Positions 38,930 to 48,604 of a stretch of 64,000 bases of DNA are shown here, one piece after another (within the stretch, counting starts at the first letter, position 1; every line of letters starts with the position of its first letter). This DNA comes from Actinomycetes bacterium (GTDB lineage: Bacteria > Actinomycetota > Thermoleophilia > BMS3ABIN01). The stretch is taken from the NCBI GenBank assembly GCA_021790115.1, contig JAJYIM010000001.1, positions 23,543-87,542 of the forward strand, written 5' to 3'. The position numbers were made by a program, and so were the translations under genes. The notes beneath the pieces were generated by a model. The model saw nothing but the letters and a program-made list of their open reading frames with translations, did no database searches and had not been told where the DNA came from.

Positions 38930-40648
38930 CTAGGGCTTGGCGGGGTAGTAGTAAGTGGCACCGTTGCTATCCTGGCAATGGGCGTAAACAGAAGTGTGGA
39001 AAGACTGCACGCTTTGCGGCACATAGTACTGTATCATAAAGGCGTCGCCACCGGACGGCGGCGTATCGATATTGCCGAGCGCTTTTGGCAGCGCAGTCAA
39101 GGCCGTTACGCCGTTAGTGGCGTCAACCCGGTCAATCGATGCCGACAGCGCCTCTTCCTGCCCCTTGTTCATGATCCTGAAATCAACCGACAGCTTACGG
39201 CTGGCGTAGTCAGCCGTGCTGGCCCAGTAAGCGTTTGTCTCAAGCAATTGCATGTCGGGCATCGGCGCCGCCAGTTGGCCCGTGGCAAAGCGGGGCAAAC
39301 CCACAAGCTCGTTGAAACTGGTGCTCATGTACAGCACCCTCTGGCTCGCCAGCAGCACGCCGTTCTGGCTCATGACGTTCACGGGGCCACTCATTACACC
39401 CGGGAACTGGGGCGTTACCCGGCCGCCGCCGCTAATTGCCGTTGCATAAACCGGGCTCGCGGCCGCACCCATGTATACGTTTACTGCCGCGCCGCCCGAT
39501 GAGGGGTCGGGATTGGAAATGAGCTGCCAGTCTTTCATGCCGGGGCTCTGCATGTCGTACCAGCCAAAGTCCATTTCCGTGTCCATGCCGCCCGGCGGCG
39601 TCCCCTGCAACTCTTCAAACGAGTTCTTGTACAACATCCGCTGGCTGACAATCAGTTTCCCGCCGGCGTTGCATCCGGAGGTGCAGACCACCCGCACCGG
39701 CCCGTCCATCAGGCCCGCATAAGTCGGAGTGGCAATCCGGTGCGGGCCAAGCGAGTATGTTCCCCGCGGATTGGGATTGGAACCGATATAGACGCTGGCC
39801 TGCACTGGCGTATTGTTGGGATTGGCAACCAGGACCCAGTTTCCGGCGCTGAAATCCGAGGTCATATCGTACCAGTCGAAATAATAAACGCTGTCCAGAT
39901 GGCTTTCTGGGAAACCCATCGCTTCATTGAAGCTGTTTTTGTAAAGAACGCGCTGGGAGACAAGCAGCTTTTGGCCGCCGGAGCTGACGACATGGACCGG
40001 CCCTCCCATCAGGCCCGGGAACTCGGGGGTCACGAACTGCCCCGGCGCGATATTAAAAGAGCGGCTGGGGACCGTGCTGCTGCCAATGTAAACATTGACT
40101 GCCGCAGCCTGGCTGTCCTCGTTGGCGATCAGGATCCAGTTGCCATTCATGCTGTCCTGAGTGGTAAAGTCGTACCAAGTGAAATAATAGGAGGAGTCGA
40201 GGTTGTCCTGCATGATGGCCGGGACCTCGTTGAAATAGCCATTGTGGAGAACCCGCTGGGTGACAACCAGCGCCTGGCCGCCGGTAGAAATTACTTTAAC
40301 GGGGCCGCCCATTGTGTTGGGCCAGCTGATAACCTGGCGCCCCTGGGCGCCCACGGTGAATGTCTCCCGCGGAGCCGCCTGGTTGCCAAAAAATACCTGC
40401 ACATTGGCGGAGCTGTTTTCCAGATTGCCGATAACGATCCAGTCGCCCTGCATTCCGTCCACCGGCGTAGAGTCATACCAGGTGAAGTAATAAGTCTTGG
40501 GGGCCGGCGTGATCTGCACCGCGCCGGCGCTGGCGGCGGCAAGAGCTACCAGCAAAACTGAAAAAACTGTTAATAACAATAAATTTAAAGTCAGCGTCCG
40601 GGCTCTAACAAGTTTCTTCAAGACAGATACCTCCGTTTTTTTACACAC
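38930..40648 (-). CDS. secreted protein with 4-5 copies of the YYFTWYD...NWVLVANP...FNEV repeat plus a unique C-terminal domain
   Basis: Signal/TM VRARTLTLNLLLLTVFSVLLVALAAASAGA. Repeats such as YYFTWYDSTPVDGMQGDWIVIGN...MGGPVKVIS...VVTQRVLHNGYFNEVPA. Third paralog of the 2222 and 36482 proteins. Confidence 0.7.
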   Translation of the reverse strand: MCKKTEVSVLKKLVRARTLTLNLLLLTVFSVLLVALAAASAGAVQITPAPKTYYFTWYDSTPVDGMQGDWIVIGNLENSSANVQVFFGNQAAPRETFTVGAQGRQVISWPNTMGGPVKVISTGGQALVVTQRVLHNGYFNEVPAIMQDNLDSSYYFTWYDFTTQDSMNGNWILIANEDSQAAAVNVYIGSSTVPSRSFNIAPGQFVTPEFPGLMGGPVHVVSSGGQKLLVSQRVLYKNSFNEAMGFPESHLDSVYYFDWYDMTSDFSAGNWVLVANPNNTPVQASVYIGSNPNPRGTYSLGPHRIATPTYAGLMDGPVRVVCTSGCNAGGKLIVSQRMLYKNSFEELQGTPPGGMDTEMDFGWYDMQSPGMKDWQLISNPDPSSGGAAVNVYMGAAASPVYATAISGGGRVTPQFPGVMSGPVNVMSQNGVLLASQRVLYMSTSFNELVGLPRFATGQLAAPMPDMQLLETNAYWASTADYASRKLSVDFRIMNKGQEEALSASIDRVDATNGVTALTALPKALGNIDTPPSGGDAFMIQYYVPQSVQSFHTSVYAHCQDSNGATYYYPAKP

Positions 40649-40926
40649 AGGAACTCTTTGCCAAATAGCCGCGCAATTGGCAATTCGCCTGTTTATTGCC
40701 TACCGGGAAAGTTCGAGAAGTTCAAAAACCACAGTTTTTCCGCTGCTCATTTATGTCGGTGCAAAGCCGGCCAGCGCAGACTCCCGCCACGGCGCCGCAA
40801 CACGAACTTCCCCCCCCTTACACCCCTGCCCCCTGTGACTCTGAACGTGTGTTTGCTAAGACTGTGCCTATTTTGTGCAAGTAAGTATACACGGCTCCTG
40901 GAAATAATACAAGACCGGTAATTAAG

Positions 40927-42210
40927 CTACAGGTGAGGGTAAAGCGGAAAAGCTGCCAGCAGCTCGTTGACGCGGCGCCGCAGCCGCTTTTTCTCGGCAG
41001 TGGTGACGCGCTGCCCAAGGGCGGCAAGGATGATCGCCGCCACTTCTTCCATCTCCGCCTCCCGGAAGCCGCGGGTGGTGACCGCCGGAGTGCCGATACG
41101 CACGCCGCTGGTGACAGTGGGCGGCAGCGGATCAAAGGGGACAGAGTTTTTATTGACTGTGATGCCTACTTCTTCGAGGCGGTTTTCAGCCTCGATGCCG
41201 GTAATGCCAATGTCGGTCAAATCCGCCAGCATCAGGTGATTATCAGTGCCGCCGGAGACAAGCTGGATGCCCCCCTCCTGGAGGCGGCCGGCGAGCACGG
41301 CGGCGTTGACAACCGTCTGCTTTTGTCTTTGCCGAAACTCTTCCGTGCCCGCAAGTTTAAAGCAGGCGGCCTTGGCGGCAATGATGTGCATCAGCGGACC
41401 CCCCTGCAGGCCGGGGAAAACCGCCTTGTCAACATTCCTGGCAAATTTCTGCTTGCACAAGATGACGCCAGAACGGGGCCCGGCCAGAGTTTTGTGTGTG
41501 GTCGTGGTAACGTAATCGCTGACGGCCACTGGATCGGGATGCAGCCCCGCCGCTACCAGGCCGGCGATATGAGCCATGTCCACCATCAGCCTGGCGCCGA
41601 CGCTGCGGGCAATCCCGGCGAAGCGGGCAAAATCGATACTGCGGGGATAGGCGCTGGCGCCGGCCACAATTAACTGCGGCTGGCGCTCGCGGGCAATCTC
41701 TTCGATATCGTCGTAGTCAAGCCGGCCGGTCTCCTTGTCCAGCCCGTAGCTGTGCACGTGATAAAAACGTCCGGAGAAGTTTACCTTTAACCCGTGAGTG
41801 AGATGGCCGCCATGATCCAGTTTCATCGCCAGGATGGCGTCCCCCATGGCCAGCTCAGCAAAGTAAACCGCCTGATTGGCTGTAGAGCCGCTATGTGGCT
41901 GGACGTTGACATGCTCGGCGCCAAACAGCTGCTGGCAACGATCGATGGCAAGAGTTTCTACTTCGTCAACAAACTCGCAGCCGCCGTAGTAGCGCGCGCC
42001 TGGATAACCTTCCGCATACTTGTTAGTCAGGACTGAAGCCGCCGCTTCCAGCACGGCGCGGCTGGTGAAATTCTCAGAGGCAATCAACTCAATGGTGCCG
42101 CGCTGGCGCGCGAGCTCTTTCTTAAGCAGTCCGGCAAGCTCAGGATCGGCTTCTTTTAGCCGTGACCTGAATTCTGGCTGTGTTTTTGCTTCTACCTTGG
42201 AGCGGGCCAA
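40927..42210 (-). CDS. glyA: serine hydroxymethyltransferase GlyA
   Basis: ...[34 protein letters not shown]...[10 protein letters not shown] (the PLP lysine). Probable TTG start at ~42210 ([29 protein letters not shown]), overlapping the rpiB stop by ~19 nt. The track ORF extends further upstream through non-homologous sequence. Confidence 0.88.
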   Translation of the reverse strand: MARSKVEAKTQPEFRSRLKEADPELAGLLKKELARQRGTIELIASENFTSRAVLEAAASVLTNKYAEGYPGARYYGGCEFVDEVETLAIDRCQQLFGAEHVNVQPHSGSTANQAVYFAELAMGDAILAMKLDHGGHLTHGLKVNFSGRFYHVHSYGLDKETGRLDYDDIEEIARERQPQLIVAGASAYPRSIDFARFAGIARSVGARLMVDMAHIAGLVAAGLHPDPVAVSDYVTTTTHKTLAGPRSGVILCKQKFARNVDKAVFPGLQGGPLMHIIAAKAACFKLAGTEEFRQRQKQTVVNAAVLAGRLQEGGIQLVSGGTDNHLMLADLTDIGITGIEAENRLEEVGITVNKNSVPFDPLPPTVTSGVRIGTPAVTTRGFREAEMEEVAAIILAALGQRVTTAEKKRLRRRVNELLAAFPLYPHL

Positions 42211-42647
42211 TGCTTCTCCAAATCTGCAATCTGGCTCAGCCGGCGGGCATGGCGGCCGCCTTCGAAATCTGTTTCCAGCCAGGCGTCCAAAATGGCAAAT
42301 GCGGTCTTGTCTTCCAGCAAGCGCTGACCAAGGCAGAGGACGTTGGCATCGTTGTGCCTGCGGCTCATTACAGCGTGCTCCACGCTGCAGGGCCCTACCG
42401 CCCTGACCCCAGCGATCTTGTTGGCCGTGATGCACATTCCCAGGCCGGTGCCGCATACCAAAATACCGCGGTCAACGGAACCGGCGGCGACAGCACCGGC
42501 AACCCGCACAGCATACTCCGGGTAATCAACGCTTTCGCCGGAATCAGTGCCCATATCAATGACCTCGTGGCCGGCCCTCTCCAGCCGCCCGATTGTCATT
42601 TGCTTCAGCTCAAAACCGGCATGGTCGGCAGCCAGCGCCAGCTTCAT
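42192..42647 (-). CDS. rpiB: ribose 5-phosphate isomerase B
   Basis: [16 protein letters not shown]...[16 protein letters not shown] from the internal ATG at 42647 (codon 46 of the track ORF), with GGAGGA at -8. 151 aa. Confidence 0.85.
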   Translation of the reverse strand: MKLALAADHAGFELKQMTIGRLERAGHEVIDMGTDSGESVDYPEYAVRVAGAVAAGSVDRGILVCGTGLGMCITANKIAGVRAVGPCSVEHAVMSRRHNDANVLCLGQRLLEDKTAFAILDAWLETDFEGGRHARRLSQIADLEKHWPAPR

Positions 42648-42875
42648 CAAGCTTCCTCCTTGGGTTTTTCCTCCCGGCCGGAGCCGTCCACGGCCCCGGC
42701 AAGGGCGGGAATGTCTTTCTGAGCGGGACGTTCGACTTTCAGCCGCCGGGGATGAAACATTGCCAGTATATATTATTTTCATGCTGGAGGACTCCCGCTT
42801 CAGCCGGCGGCAGGCGCAGGCCTCCAGGCCTGTGCAGACGCGGATCTCCCCAATTTAGAGTCAGCGGCACAGCCC

Positions 42876-42966
42876 TAAGAATCTATCGCAAAAGGCTGTT
42901 CGCAGCGAGGCCTTTGCAGCCGGCCGCAGCAGAATATGCCTTGAGATAGATTCTAAACGACGCTTC
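42876..42966. repeat. TIR hairpin element (family 2), copy B (longest)
   Basis: TAAGAATCTATCGCAAAAGGCTGTTCGCAGCGAGGCCTTTGCAGCCGGCCGCAGCAGAATATGCCTTGAGATAGATTCTAAAC. The terminal inverted repeats are GAATCTATC...GATAGATTC. Confidence 0.65.
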
Positions 42967-43597
42967 CGATCAACGCCTCGATATCCCCGCGCACTACCGC
43001 GCCCTCTCTCAGAACCCGGGCCGGCTCCCCCTCCGCCAGCGGCCGCAGGTCCACAACTGTGGAGGAAGCACAACCATCGATCGGCCCACTGTCCAGCACG
43101 TATTCACAAGCCTGCTTGAGCTCCTCCGGAATCTCGTTGATGAAGCAGGGGTCAGCGCCGCCGGCCAGGTTGGCGCTGGTCAGCGCCAGCGGCGTGGGCA
43201 ACCGCTGAAATACCGCCGCCTCAGGCAAGGGCAGCACCCGCACGCCAATGCCCCCCTCGAAGGCGGCCGCGGCCCCCTGTTTCCCCGCCGCTGCGGCCGC
43301 CGGCAGGATCAGCGTCACCGCTCCCGGCAGCAGTTCCTCAACAGCATTTAGCACCGCTGCCGGCAGCCGGGTGTATGCATGCACCAGCCGGATGACATCA
43401 TCAAACACCAGCGCCACCGGTTTGCCCGGCGCCCTGCCTTTGGCGGCAAACAGCCGCTGAAGCGCCTCCGGCTCCGGCTTGCAGGCGACGCCATAGACCG
43501 TATCGGCAGGCAGCGCAATCAGCCGGCCGCGCTCCAGCGCCGCGGCCGCGTCCGCCCAGTCGGAGCGGGTCATGGATTTAAGAAGTAGAAGTTTCAC
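42953..43597 (-). CDS. tsaC: L-threonylcarbamoyladenylate synthase, TsaC/YrdC family
   Basis: ...ALPADTVYGVACKPEPEALQRLFAAKGRAPGKPVALVFDD... is the Sua5/YciO/YrdC/YwlC fold. 214 aa, with no Sua5 C-terminal domain. Confidence 0.78.
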   Translation of the reverse strand: MKLLLLKSMTRSDWADAAAALERGRLIALPADTVYGVACKPEPEALQRLFAAKGRAPGKPVALVFDDVIRLVHAYTRLPAAVLNAVEELLPGAVTLILPAAAAAGKQGAAAAFEGGIGVRVLPLPEAAVFQRLPTPLALTSANLAGGADPCFINEIPEELKQACEYVLDSGPIDGCASSTVVDLRPLAEGEPARVLREGAVVRGDIEALIGSVV

Positions 43598-43694
43598 GTT
43601 CCGGGTTTCACGTTCCGGGTTCCGAGTGAAATTATAACGATTATTGACTATTTGTCAGGTTGCCTCTATGAGTTTGGAGTTAACCAGCATCCAG

Positions 43695-43718
43695 AATCCG
43701 CTTGATAGGCGTACGTTC
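43695..43718. promoter_or_regulatory. candidate LexA operator (SOS box): perfect palindrome ATAGGCGTACG-TT-CGTACGCCTAT overlapping a TATAAT -10
   Basis: Seen directly, 50 nt upstream of the lexA start. Core GTAC-N4-GTAC (CGTACGTTCGTACG) resembles the CGAAC-N4-GTTCG / GTAC-N4-GTAC LexA boxes of Gram-positives and Cyanobacteria. TATAAT sits at 43716-43721. Confidence 0.5.
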
Positions 43719-43766
43719 GTACGCCTATAATGTTTTTCCCCACAGGCGGCAAAAACCGCTCTCACT

Positions 43767-44339
43767 ATGGGCATAACGAAATCGCCAAAACATTTCGACA
43801 AGATCGTCGCCTTTTACCGGGCCCACCGGCGCATGCCCAGCCACGCCGAGATCGCCGGGCTGCGCTCCAAGGGAAGCACGTACAAGCTGGTGAACCGGCT
43901 GGTGTCGCTGGGCCTGGTGGAGCGGGACGGAAAGGGGAGGCTGCTGCCCGGGAGCAGGTTCCTGAGCCTGTCGCAACTGGGCACAGTGGAGGCCGGCTGG
44001 CCCTCGCCCGCCGAAGAGGAACTGCCGGACACGATGAGCCTGGAAGAGTTCCTCATCGTGCGGCCGGACAGCACCTTCATCCTCAAGGTGCAGGGCGACT
44101 CGATGGTCGAAGCGGGGATCATGCCGGGCGACATGGTCCTGGTGGAGCGGGGCGTGCGCGAGAAGGACGGCGACATCATCATCGCCGAGGTTGACCGCGA
44201 GTGGACCATGAAGTACTACCGGAGGAAGAACGGCAAAGTCTGGCTGGAGGCAGCCAACAACAAGTACAAACCCATATATCCGCGGCAGGAGCTCCGCATT
44301 GCCGCCGTGGTCAAGGCGGTCATCCGCAAGTACTTGTAG
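43767..44339 (+). CDS. lexA: transcriptional repressor LexA
   Basis: N-terminal wHTH (HAEIAGLRSKGSTYKLVNRLVSLGLVERDG) and the S24 peptidase (GDSMVEAGIMPGDMVLVER...K). 190 aa. Confidence 0.9.
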   Translation: MGITKSPKHFDKIVAFYRAHRRMPSHAEIAGLRSKGSTYKLVNRLVSLGLVERDGKGRLLPGSRFLSLSQLGTVEAGWPSPAEEELPDTMSLEEFLIVRPDSTFILKVQGDSMVEAGIMPGDMVLVERGVREKDGDIIIAEVDREWTMKYYRRKNGKVWLEAANNKYKPIYPRQELRIAAVVKAVIRKYL

Positions 44340-44450
44340 TTTCAGGGACGTACGTTTCCTCCGCAGCAGTACATCCGGGTAATGGATGTTTCGAGGGAGG
44401 TGTCACCGGGAATGCTCCGGCAATGTAATCAGAATTTATGGAGGTGCATC

Positions 44451-44822
44451 ATGGTTTGCGGAATGGAACACGGATTTGGTTACGGTTGCCGGGAACACGG
44501 CGGATATGGAGGCGCGAAAAAAACCCATCATACCTGCCCGGTCTGTGGCATGGCGCATGGCGCCAAGGCCGGATTTGGCGGGATGGAAACCGGCTATGGC
44601 CATCACAAACTTGTAAGAAAAGCAACAAAGAAGCTCCTCGTTGAAAAGATGAAAACAAAGATAGACGAGCGCTGGGGCGACAAGCTTGACGCCATTGCCC
44701 AAGAGCTGGTTGACATGACCGAGGAAAAGATGAAACTGAAAAAAGATATGTGGCAACGGAAAAAAGCAATGAAAGAGCGCATGCACGAGATCTTCGCCGG
44801 GGAGGCGGAGGGAGAAGATTAG
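44451..44822 (+). CDS. small Gly/His/Cys-rich protein with C-terminal charged coiled-coil (123 aa), hypothetical
   Basis: GGAGG sits 6 nt before ATG 44451. MVCGMEHGFGYGCREHGGYGGAKKTHHTCPVCGMAHGAKAGFGGMETGYGHH..., then KK/EE-rich helices. Directly downstream of lexA. A possible second half-site (GACGTACGTTTCC) lies in the spacer. Confidence 0.5.
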   Translation: MVCGMEHGFGYGCREHGGYGGAKKTHHTCPVCGMAHGAKAGFGGMETGYGHHKLVRKATKKLLVEKMKTKIDERWGDKLDAIAQELVDMTEEKMKLKKDMWQRKKAMKERMHEIFAGEAEGED

Positions 44823-44827
44823 GCAGG

Positions 44828-45694
44828 TCAGCCAATCGGGCGGCAGGCGATGGCCACACGGTCATTGCCGGAGTAGTCCTGCCCAATGTCAACCTGCCCG
44901 AACATGCCGGCGCCGGCGAACAGCTGCTGGACCTGGTCGCCTTGCCGGTAGCCGATTTCAACGATCAGGCAGCCGCCCGGCCTTAAAAACTGCGGCGCCT
45001 CCGCTGCCAGGCGGCGGAAACAGTCGAGCCCGTCCTGTCCTCCATACAGTGCCTGACGCGGCTCAAAGTCGCGCACGTCACAAGGCAAGCCCGGCCATTC
45101 CTCAGCAGAAATGTAAGGCGGGTTGGAAATAATGAGGTCAAAAGTCTTCATTGGATCAAGCATCTCAAAAAAGTCTGATAAGACAAACTCAATGCCATCA
45201 TCGAAACCGGTCGTTCTGGCATTCTCTTCCGCCAGCGCCAAGGCTTCCGGGCTCAAGTCAACGGCGGCGAGCTCCGCCTGGGGAAATCCCGCCACAACCG
45301 AGATGGCGATAGCGCCGCTGCCTGTGCCCAAATCCAGTATCCGCGGAGCCCGGTGCCAGTCCCTTTCCATCAGGAAGCGTAGCGCCGCGTCAACCACGTT
45401 TTCGGTCTCCGGCCGGGGTATGAGCACCGACCGGTTCACCTTCAGCGTCAGATTGCGGAAGTACGAGCGGCCCAGGATGTAGGCCACCGGCTCCAGCGCC
45501 GCCCGGCGTTTAACCAACTCACGGAAATGATCAATTTCAGCAGTGTTGAGGGGCTGCTCAAAGTTGGTATAAAGTTCTATCCTGCTTTTGCCCAGCACCT
45601 CCGCCAGCAACAGCTCGGCGTCCAGGCGCGGAGTCGCCGATCCTTTTTCCTTCAGATAGGTCGCAGACGTCTTAAGTAGCTCGGAGATAGTCAT
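44828..45694 (-). CDS. prmC: peptide chain release factor N5-glutamine methyltransferase PrmC (HemK)
   Basis: DLGTGSGAIAIS...ISNPPYISAEEW (NPPY). 288 aa. Downstream of prfA, with the membrane gene between. Confidence 0.85.
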   Translation of the reverse strand: MTISELLKTSATYLKEKGSATPRLDAELLLAEVLGKSRIELYTNFEQPLNTAEIDHFRELVKRRAALEPVAYILGRSYFRNLTLKVNRSVLIPRPETENVVDAALRFLMERDWHRAPRILDLGTGSGAIAISVVAGFPQAELAAVDLSPEALALAEENARTTGFDDGIEFVLSDFFEMLDPMKTFDLIISNPPYISAEEWPGLPCDVRDFEPRQALYGGQDGLDCFRRLAAEAPQFLRPGGCLIVEIGYRQGDQVQQLFAGAGMFGQVDIGQDYSGNDRVAIACRPIG

Positions 45695-45699
45695 AAAAC

Positions 45700-45738
45700 G
45701 GATTCTGGGTTCTGGGTTCTGGGTTCTGGGTTCTGGAT
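45700..45738. repeat. perfect tandem heptamer (GGTTCTG)5 / (CCAGAAC)5
   Basis: GGATTCTGGGTTCTGGGTTCTGGGTTCTGGGTTCTGGATAA, seen directly in the 100-nt spacer. Confidence 0.7.
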
Positions 45739-45797
45739 AATTTTCAATTTAAGAATTATTTGAAACGGCCGGCTCGGCAGTGATTCTTTTTTCCAAA

Positions 45798-47537
45798 TCA
45801 GGGCCGGCCGAAGACTGAAATGGGGGCGCGGCAGCGGTTGCTGGAAGTGTCGAATTCGAAAATCTTATCGGAGGTGTCAGCATAATCCAGCCGGGCATCC
45901 GAAATATCCGTGCCTGCCGGAGCCACCACATAACGAAACCCATAGTAACATAACATTTCGAAGCTCTTGTCTTTAAAATAGTAATAGATTGTCTCATCTT
46001 TGCGGGCAACTGTCATTGGCCGGCGTGATATATAGCCGCCGTAAATGGGATGTCCGTGAATCATCTGGGCAAAAAGCGTTTTCCCGGGCGGCTCCACCCG
46101 GTAGTAGGGGTCATTATAATCGAAGACGGCGCCGGGGGGCAGATTTCTGAGCGCATATGCGTACGCAGGCGGCTGCAGGATATTTCCGTGACGCGAGTTA
46201 AAAGGAAGATACTCAACGGCAATTACCAAAAAGACGGCAGCCAGCGCCAGCTTTGGCCTTTTGATATTTTTCTCTATTTTAGTTAATGAAAGAGCGCAAA
46301 GCATCGCCGCCGCCAGGATCACGACCGCCATCATCCGCTCGGGCACGCCCCCCATGTTGGTCAGCGGCAGTTTTTCAAGCAGCGTGTACGGCATGGGCAG
46401 ACTTATCTTCGTATTCACGATATGAAGAACCGGCCCCAGGCTCAAAAGCAGGAAAACAATCATCACCAGCAGCCAAAAAATAAAAATCCTGCCGCCGGGC
46501 AAATCTTTGCCTGAGTCATTAATGCCGGCAGAAAAATTATTATTGACCTTTTGCTTGCGCCCGCGCCGCAACAACAGGCCCGTCAGGATCAATCCCCAAA
46601 CGCTTAACCCCACAAACCCCTGCCCGCCGCCCTCACCGTATTTCAAGAGTCCGTAAAACCACCGGTTTGCCGGGCCGGGGATGACGAAGGCGAGGAGGCT
46701 GTTCGAATAATTAACCGGGTCATGCATGTCAACAAAGCCGCCGTTTGACGCGCCCTGATACAGATAAAAAAGGAAGGGGCCGACGGCAATGGCGGAAATG
46801 ACACCAAACAGGCCGATCGGTCCCAGGACGCGGCGAGTGAGGAAGGATTCCGCTCCTCTCCGCAATAGCACAGCCATAGCAAAAATGAGCAACAGCAGGC
46901 CTCCGTAAAACGCGTAATAAAGCTCCGAGTAAAAAGTAAGAATGAAGAAAAGCGCCGTCCAGCCTGCAGTTGCATATCTGGGCCTGGTGAGCAGCTTGTG
47001 CCAGAAAAGCAGCAACAGCGGCAGCCACTCCAGCGATATCAGATTAATATGAGTCCTTAAATGTAACATCATGAAACCGGAGAATGCATAGATGAAGCCG
47101 GCCAGAATGCTGGGCCAATAATTGCGGCAGAAGTGCCGGGCAAGAAAAAAAGCGGCGAGCCCGTTGGTTACGACGGCCAGGATTATCATCAGATTGTAGG
47201 CTTGATAAGGAGCGAGAACGCTTTCCAAAATCACGCCGAAGACGGCGTTCACCGGGCTGAGGGTGTGGGCGGCCAGGCTCGTCCCTTCCGGATAGTGGAT
47301 CATCGAAGAAAAATAAGGGTTCGTAAATGAAGTGATTGCCCGGCGCATGTGCCAGATGTTCCAGAGGTTCTGCATCCCGTCGCCCTCATCCCCGTAGAAG
47401 CGGGAGGAGAACTGAGTGATCAGCGGATACGTGGAAACGCAAAAACAAACGAAGTAGCCAAAAAGGGGAAACAGAACAAATTTGAAAGCGCCTGCGGCCG
47501 CCGGTTTCAATCCAGAAACGGCCGGCCGCCGGGTCAT
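45798..47537 (-). CDS. large polytopic membrane protein (579 aa), possible GT-C-like glycosyltransferase; hypothetical
   Basis: More than 12 TM helices. No named family recognised. Overlaps the prfA end by 4 nt (operon prfA-X-prmC). Confidence 0.55.
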   Translation of the reverse strand: MTRRPAVSGLKPAAAGAFKFVLFPLFGYFVCFCVSTYPLITQFSSRFYGDEGDGMQNLWNIWHMRRAITSFTNPYFSSMIHYPEGTSLAAHTLSPVNAVFGVILESVLAPYQAYNLMIILAVVTNGLAAFFLARHFCRNYWPSILAGFIYAFSGFMMLHLRTHINLISLEWLPLLLLFWHKLLTRPRYATAGWTALFFILTFYSELYYAFYGGLLLLIFAMAVLLRRGAESFLTRRVLGPIGLFGVISAIAVGPFLFYLYQGASNGGFVDMHDPVNYSNSLLAFVIPGPANRWFYGLLKYGEGGGQGFVGLSVWGLILTGLLLRRGRKQKVNNNFSAGINDSGKDLPGGRIFIFWLLVMIVFLLLSLGPVLHIVNTKISLPMPYTLLEKLPLTNMGGVPERMMAVVILAAAMLCALSLTKIEKNIKRPKLALAAVFLVIAVEYLPFNSRHGNILQPPAYAYALRNLPPGAVFDYNDPYYRVEPPGKTLFAQMIHGHPIYGGYISRRPMTVARKDETIYYYFKDKSFEMLCYYGFRYVVAPAGTDISDARLDYADTSDKIFEFDTSSNRCRAPISVFGRP

Positions 47538-48604
47538 ACCTTCAGCTGCTCGGCCCGGTCATGGGCCGCCAGCGCCTCGGTGAATTCACCAATGTCACCC
47601 TGAAGGATGGCGTCCAGTTTGTGCAGGGTAAGGCCGACGCGGTGGTCGGTGACCCGCCCCTGGGGAAAGTTATACGTGCGAATTTTCTGGCTGCGGTCGC
47701 CGGTGCCCACCATTGACTTACGCGCATCGGCCAGCTCTTTTTGCTGCTCGGCCAATTTATGCTCATAGAGGCGGGCCCGCAATATCTTCATTGCCTGCTG
47801 CTTGTTTTGCAGTTGCGATTTCTCGTTCTGGCATGATACCACCAGACCGGTGGGGACATGGGTCAGCCGCACAGCCGAGTCGGTCGTGTTCACCGATTGG
47901 CCGCCGGGGCCGGTGGAACGGAAGATATCAACACGAACATCCGCCGGATCAATATCGACCTCAACATCCTCCGCTTCCGGCAGCACCGCGACTGTCGCGG
48001 TAGAAGTATGGATGCGGCCGCCGGACTCGGTCACCGGTATGCGTTGCACCCGGTGCACCCCGCTCTCGTACTTAAAAGCACTATAGGCTCCCTTGCCTTC
48101 CACCTCAACAATAACTTCCTTGAAGCCGCCCATCTCTGTCTCGCTGCTGGAGAGGATCCGCGTCTTGAGCTTCTTTTGCTCAGCATGGCGGGAATACATC
48201 CGCAGCAGGTCGGCGGCAAACAAGGATGCTTCATTGCCGCCGGCGCCGGCACGAACCTCAATAATGACGTCCTTCTCATCATTGGGATCAGGCTCCAGCA
48301 TTGCGACACGGATCTCCTCGGCCAGCTGTTCCATGGCTTCGCGGGATGTAGACATCTCCTCGCGCAGAAACTCGCGCATCTCCGGCTCTACGGCTCCATC
48401 GCCGGCAAGAATCTCCTCCGCCTCGGACAGGCTCCGCTCCGCCTCCCGGTAGCGGCGCACGAGATCATAAGCAGGCTGAAGATCCGCGTGAGCCTTGGCG
48501 GTTTCCGCGTAACGCTGACGGTCATTCATCACTGCGGGATCGCTAAGCTTCCGGTTAAGCCCTTCGTACTTCGCTTCGATTTCATTTATCAGTTCGTCAA
48601 TCAT
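47534..48604 (-). CDS. prfA: peptide chain release factor 1
   Basis: GPGGQSVNTTDSAVRLTHVPTG is the GGQ motif. RF-1 PxT region. 356 aa. Confidence 0.95.
   Translation of the reverse strand: MIDELINEIEAKYEGLNRKLSDPAVMNDRQRYAETAKAHADLQPAYDLVRRYREAERSLSEAEEILAGDGAVEPEMREFLREEMSTSREAMEQLAEEIRVAMLEPDPNDEKDVIIEVRAGAGGNEASLFAADLLRMYSRHAEQKKLKTRILSSSETEMGGFKEVIVEVEGKGAYSAFKYESGVHRVQRIPVTESGGRIHTSTATVAVLPEAEDVEVDIDPADVRVDIFRSTGPGGQSVNTTDSAVRLTHVPTGLVVSCQNEKSQLQNKQQAMKILRARLYEHKLAEQQKELADARKSMVGTGDRSQKIRTYNFPQGRVTDHRVGLTLHKLDAILQGDIGEFTEALAAHDRAEQLKV

Noticed and set aside
40658-40921. Short plus-strand ORFs in the glyA / repeat-protein spacer.
   Set aside because: No RBS and no conservation signal. 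This is the likely promoter region for the minus-strand repeat-protein gene.
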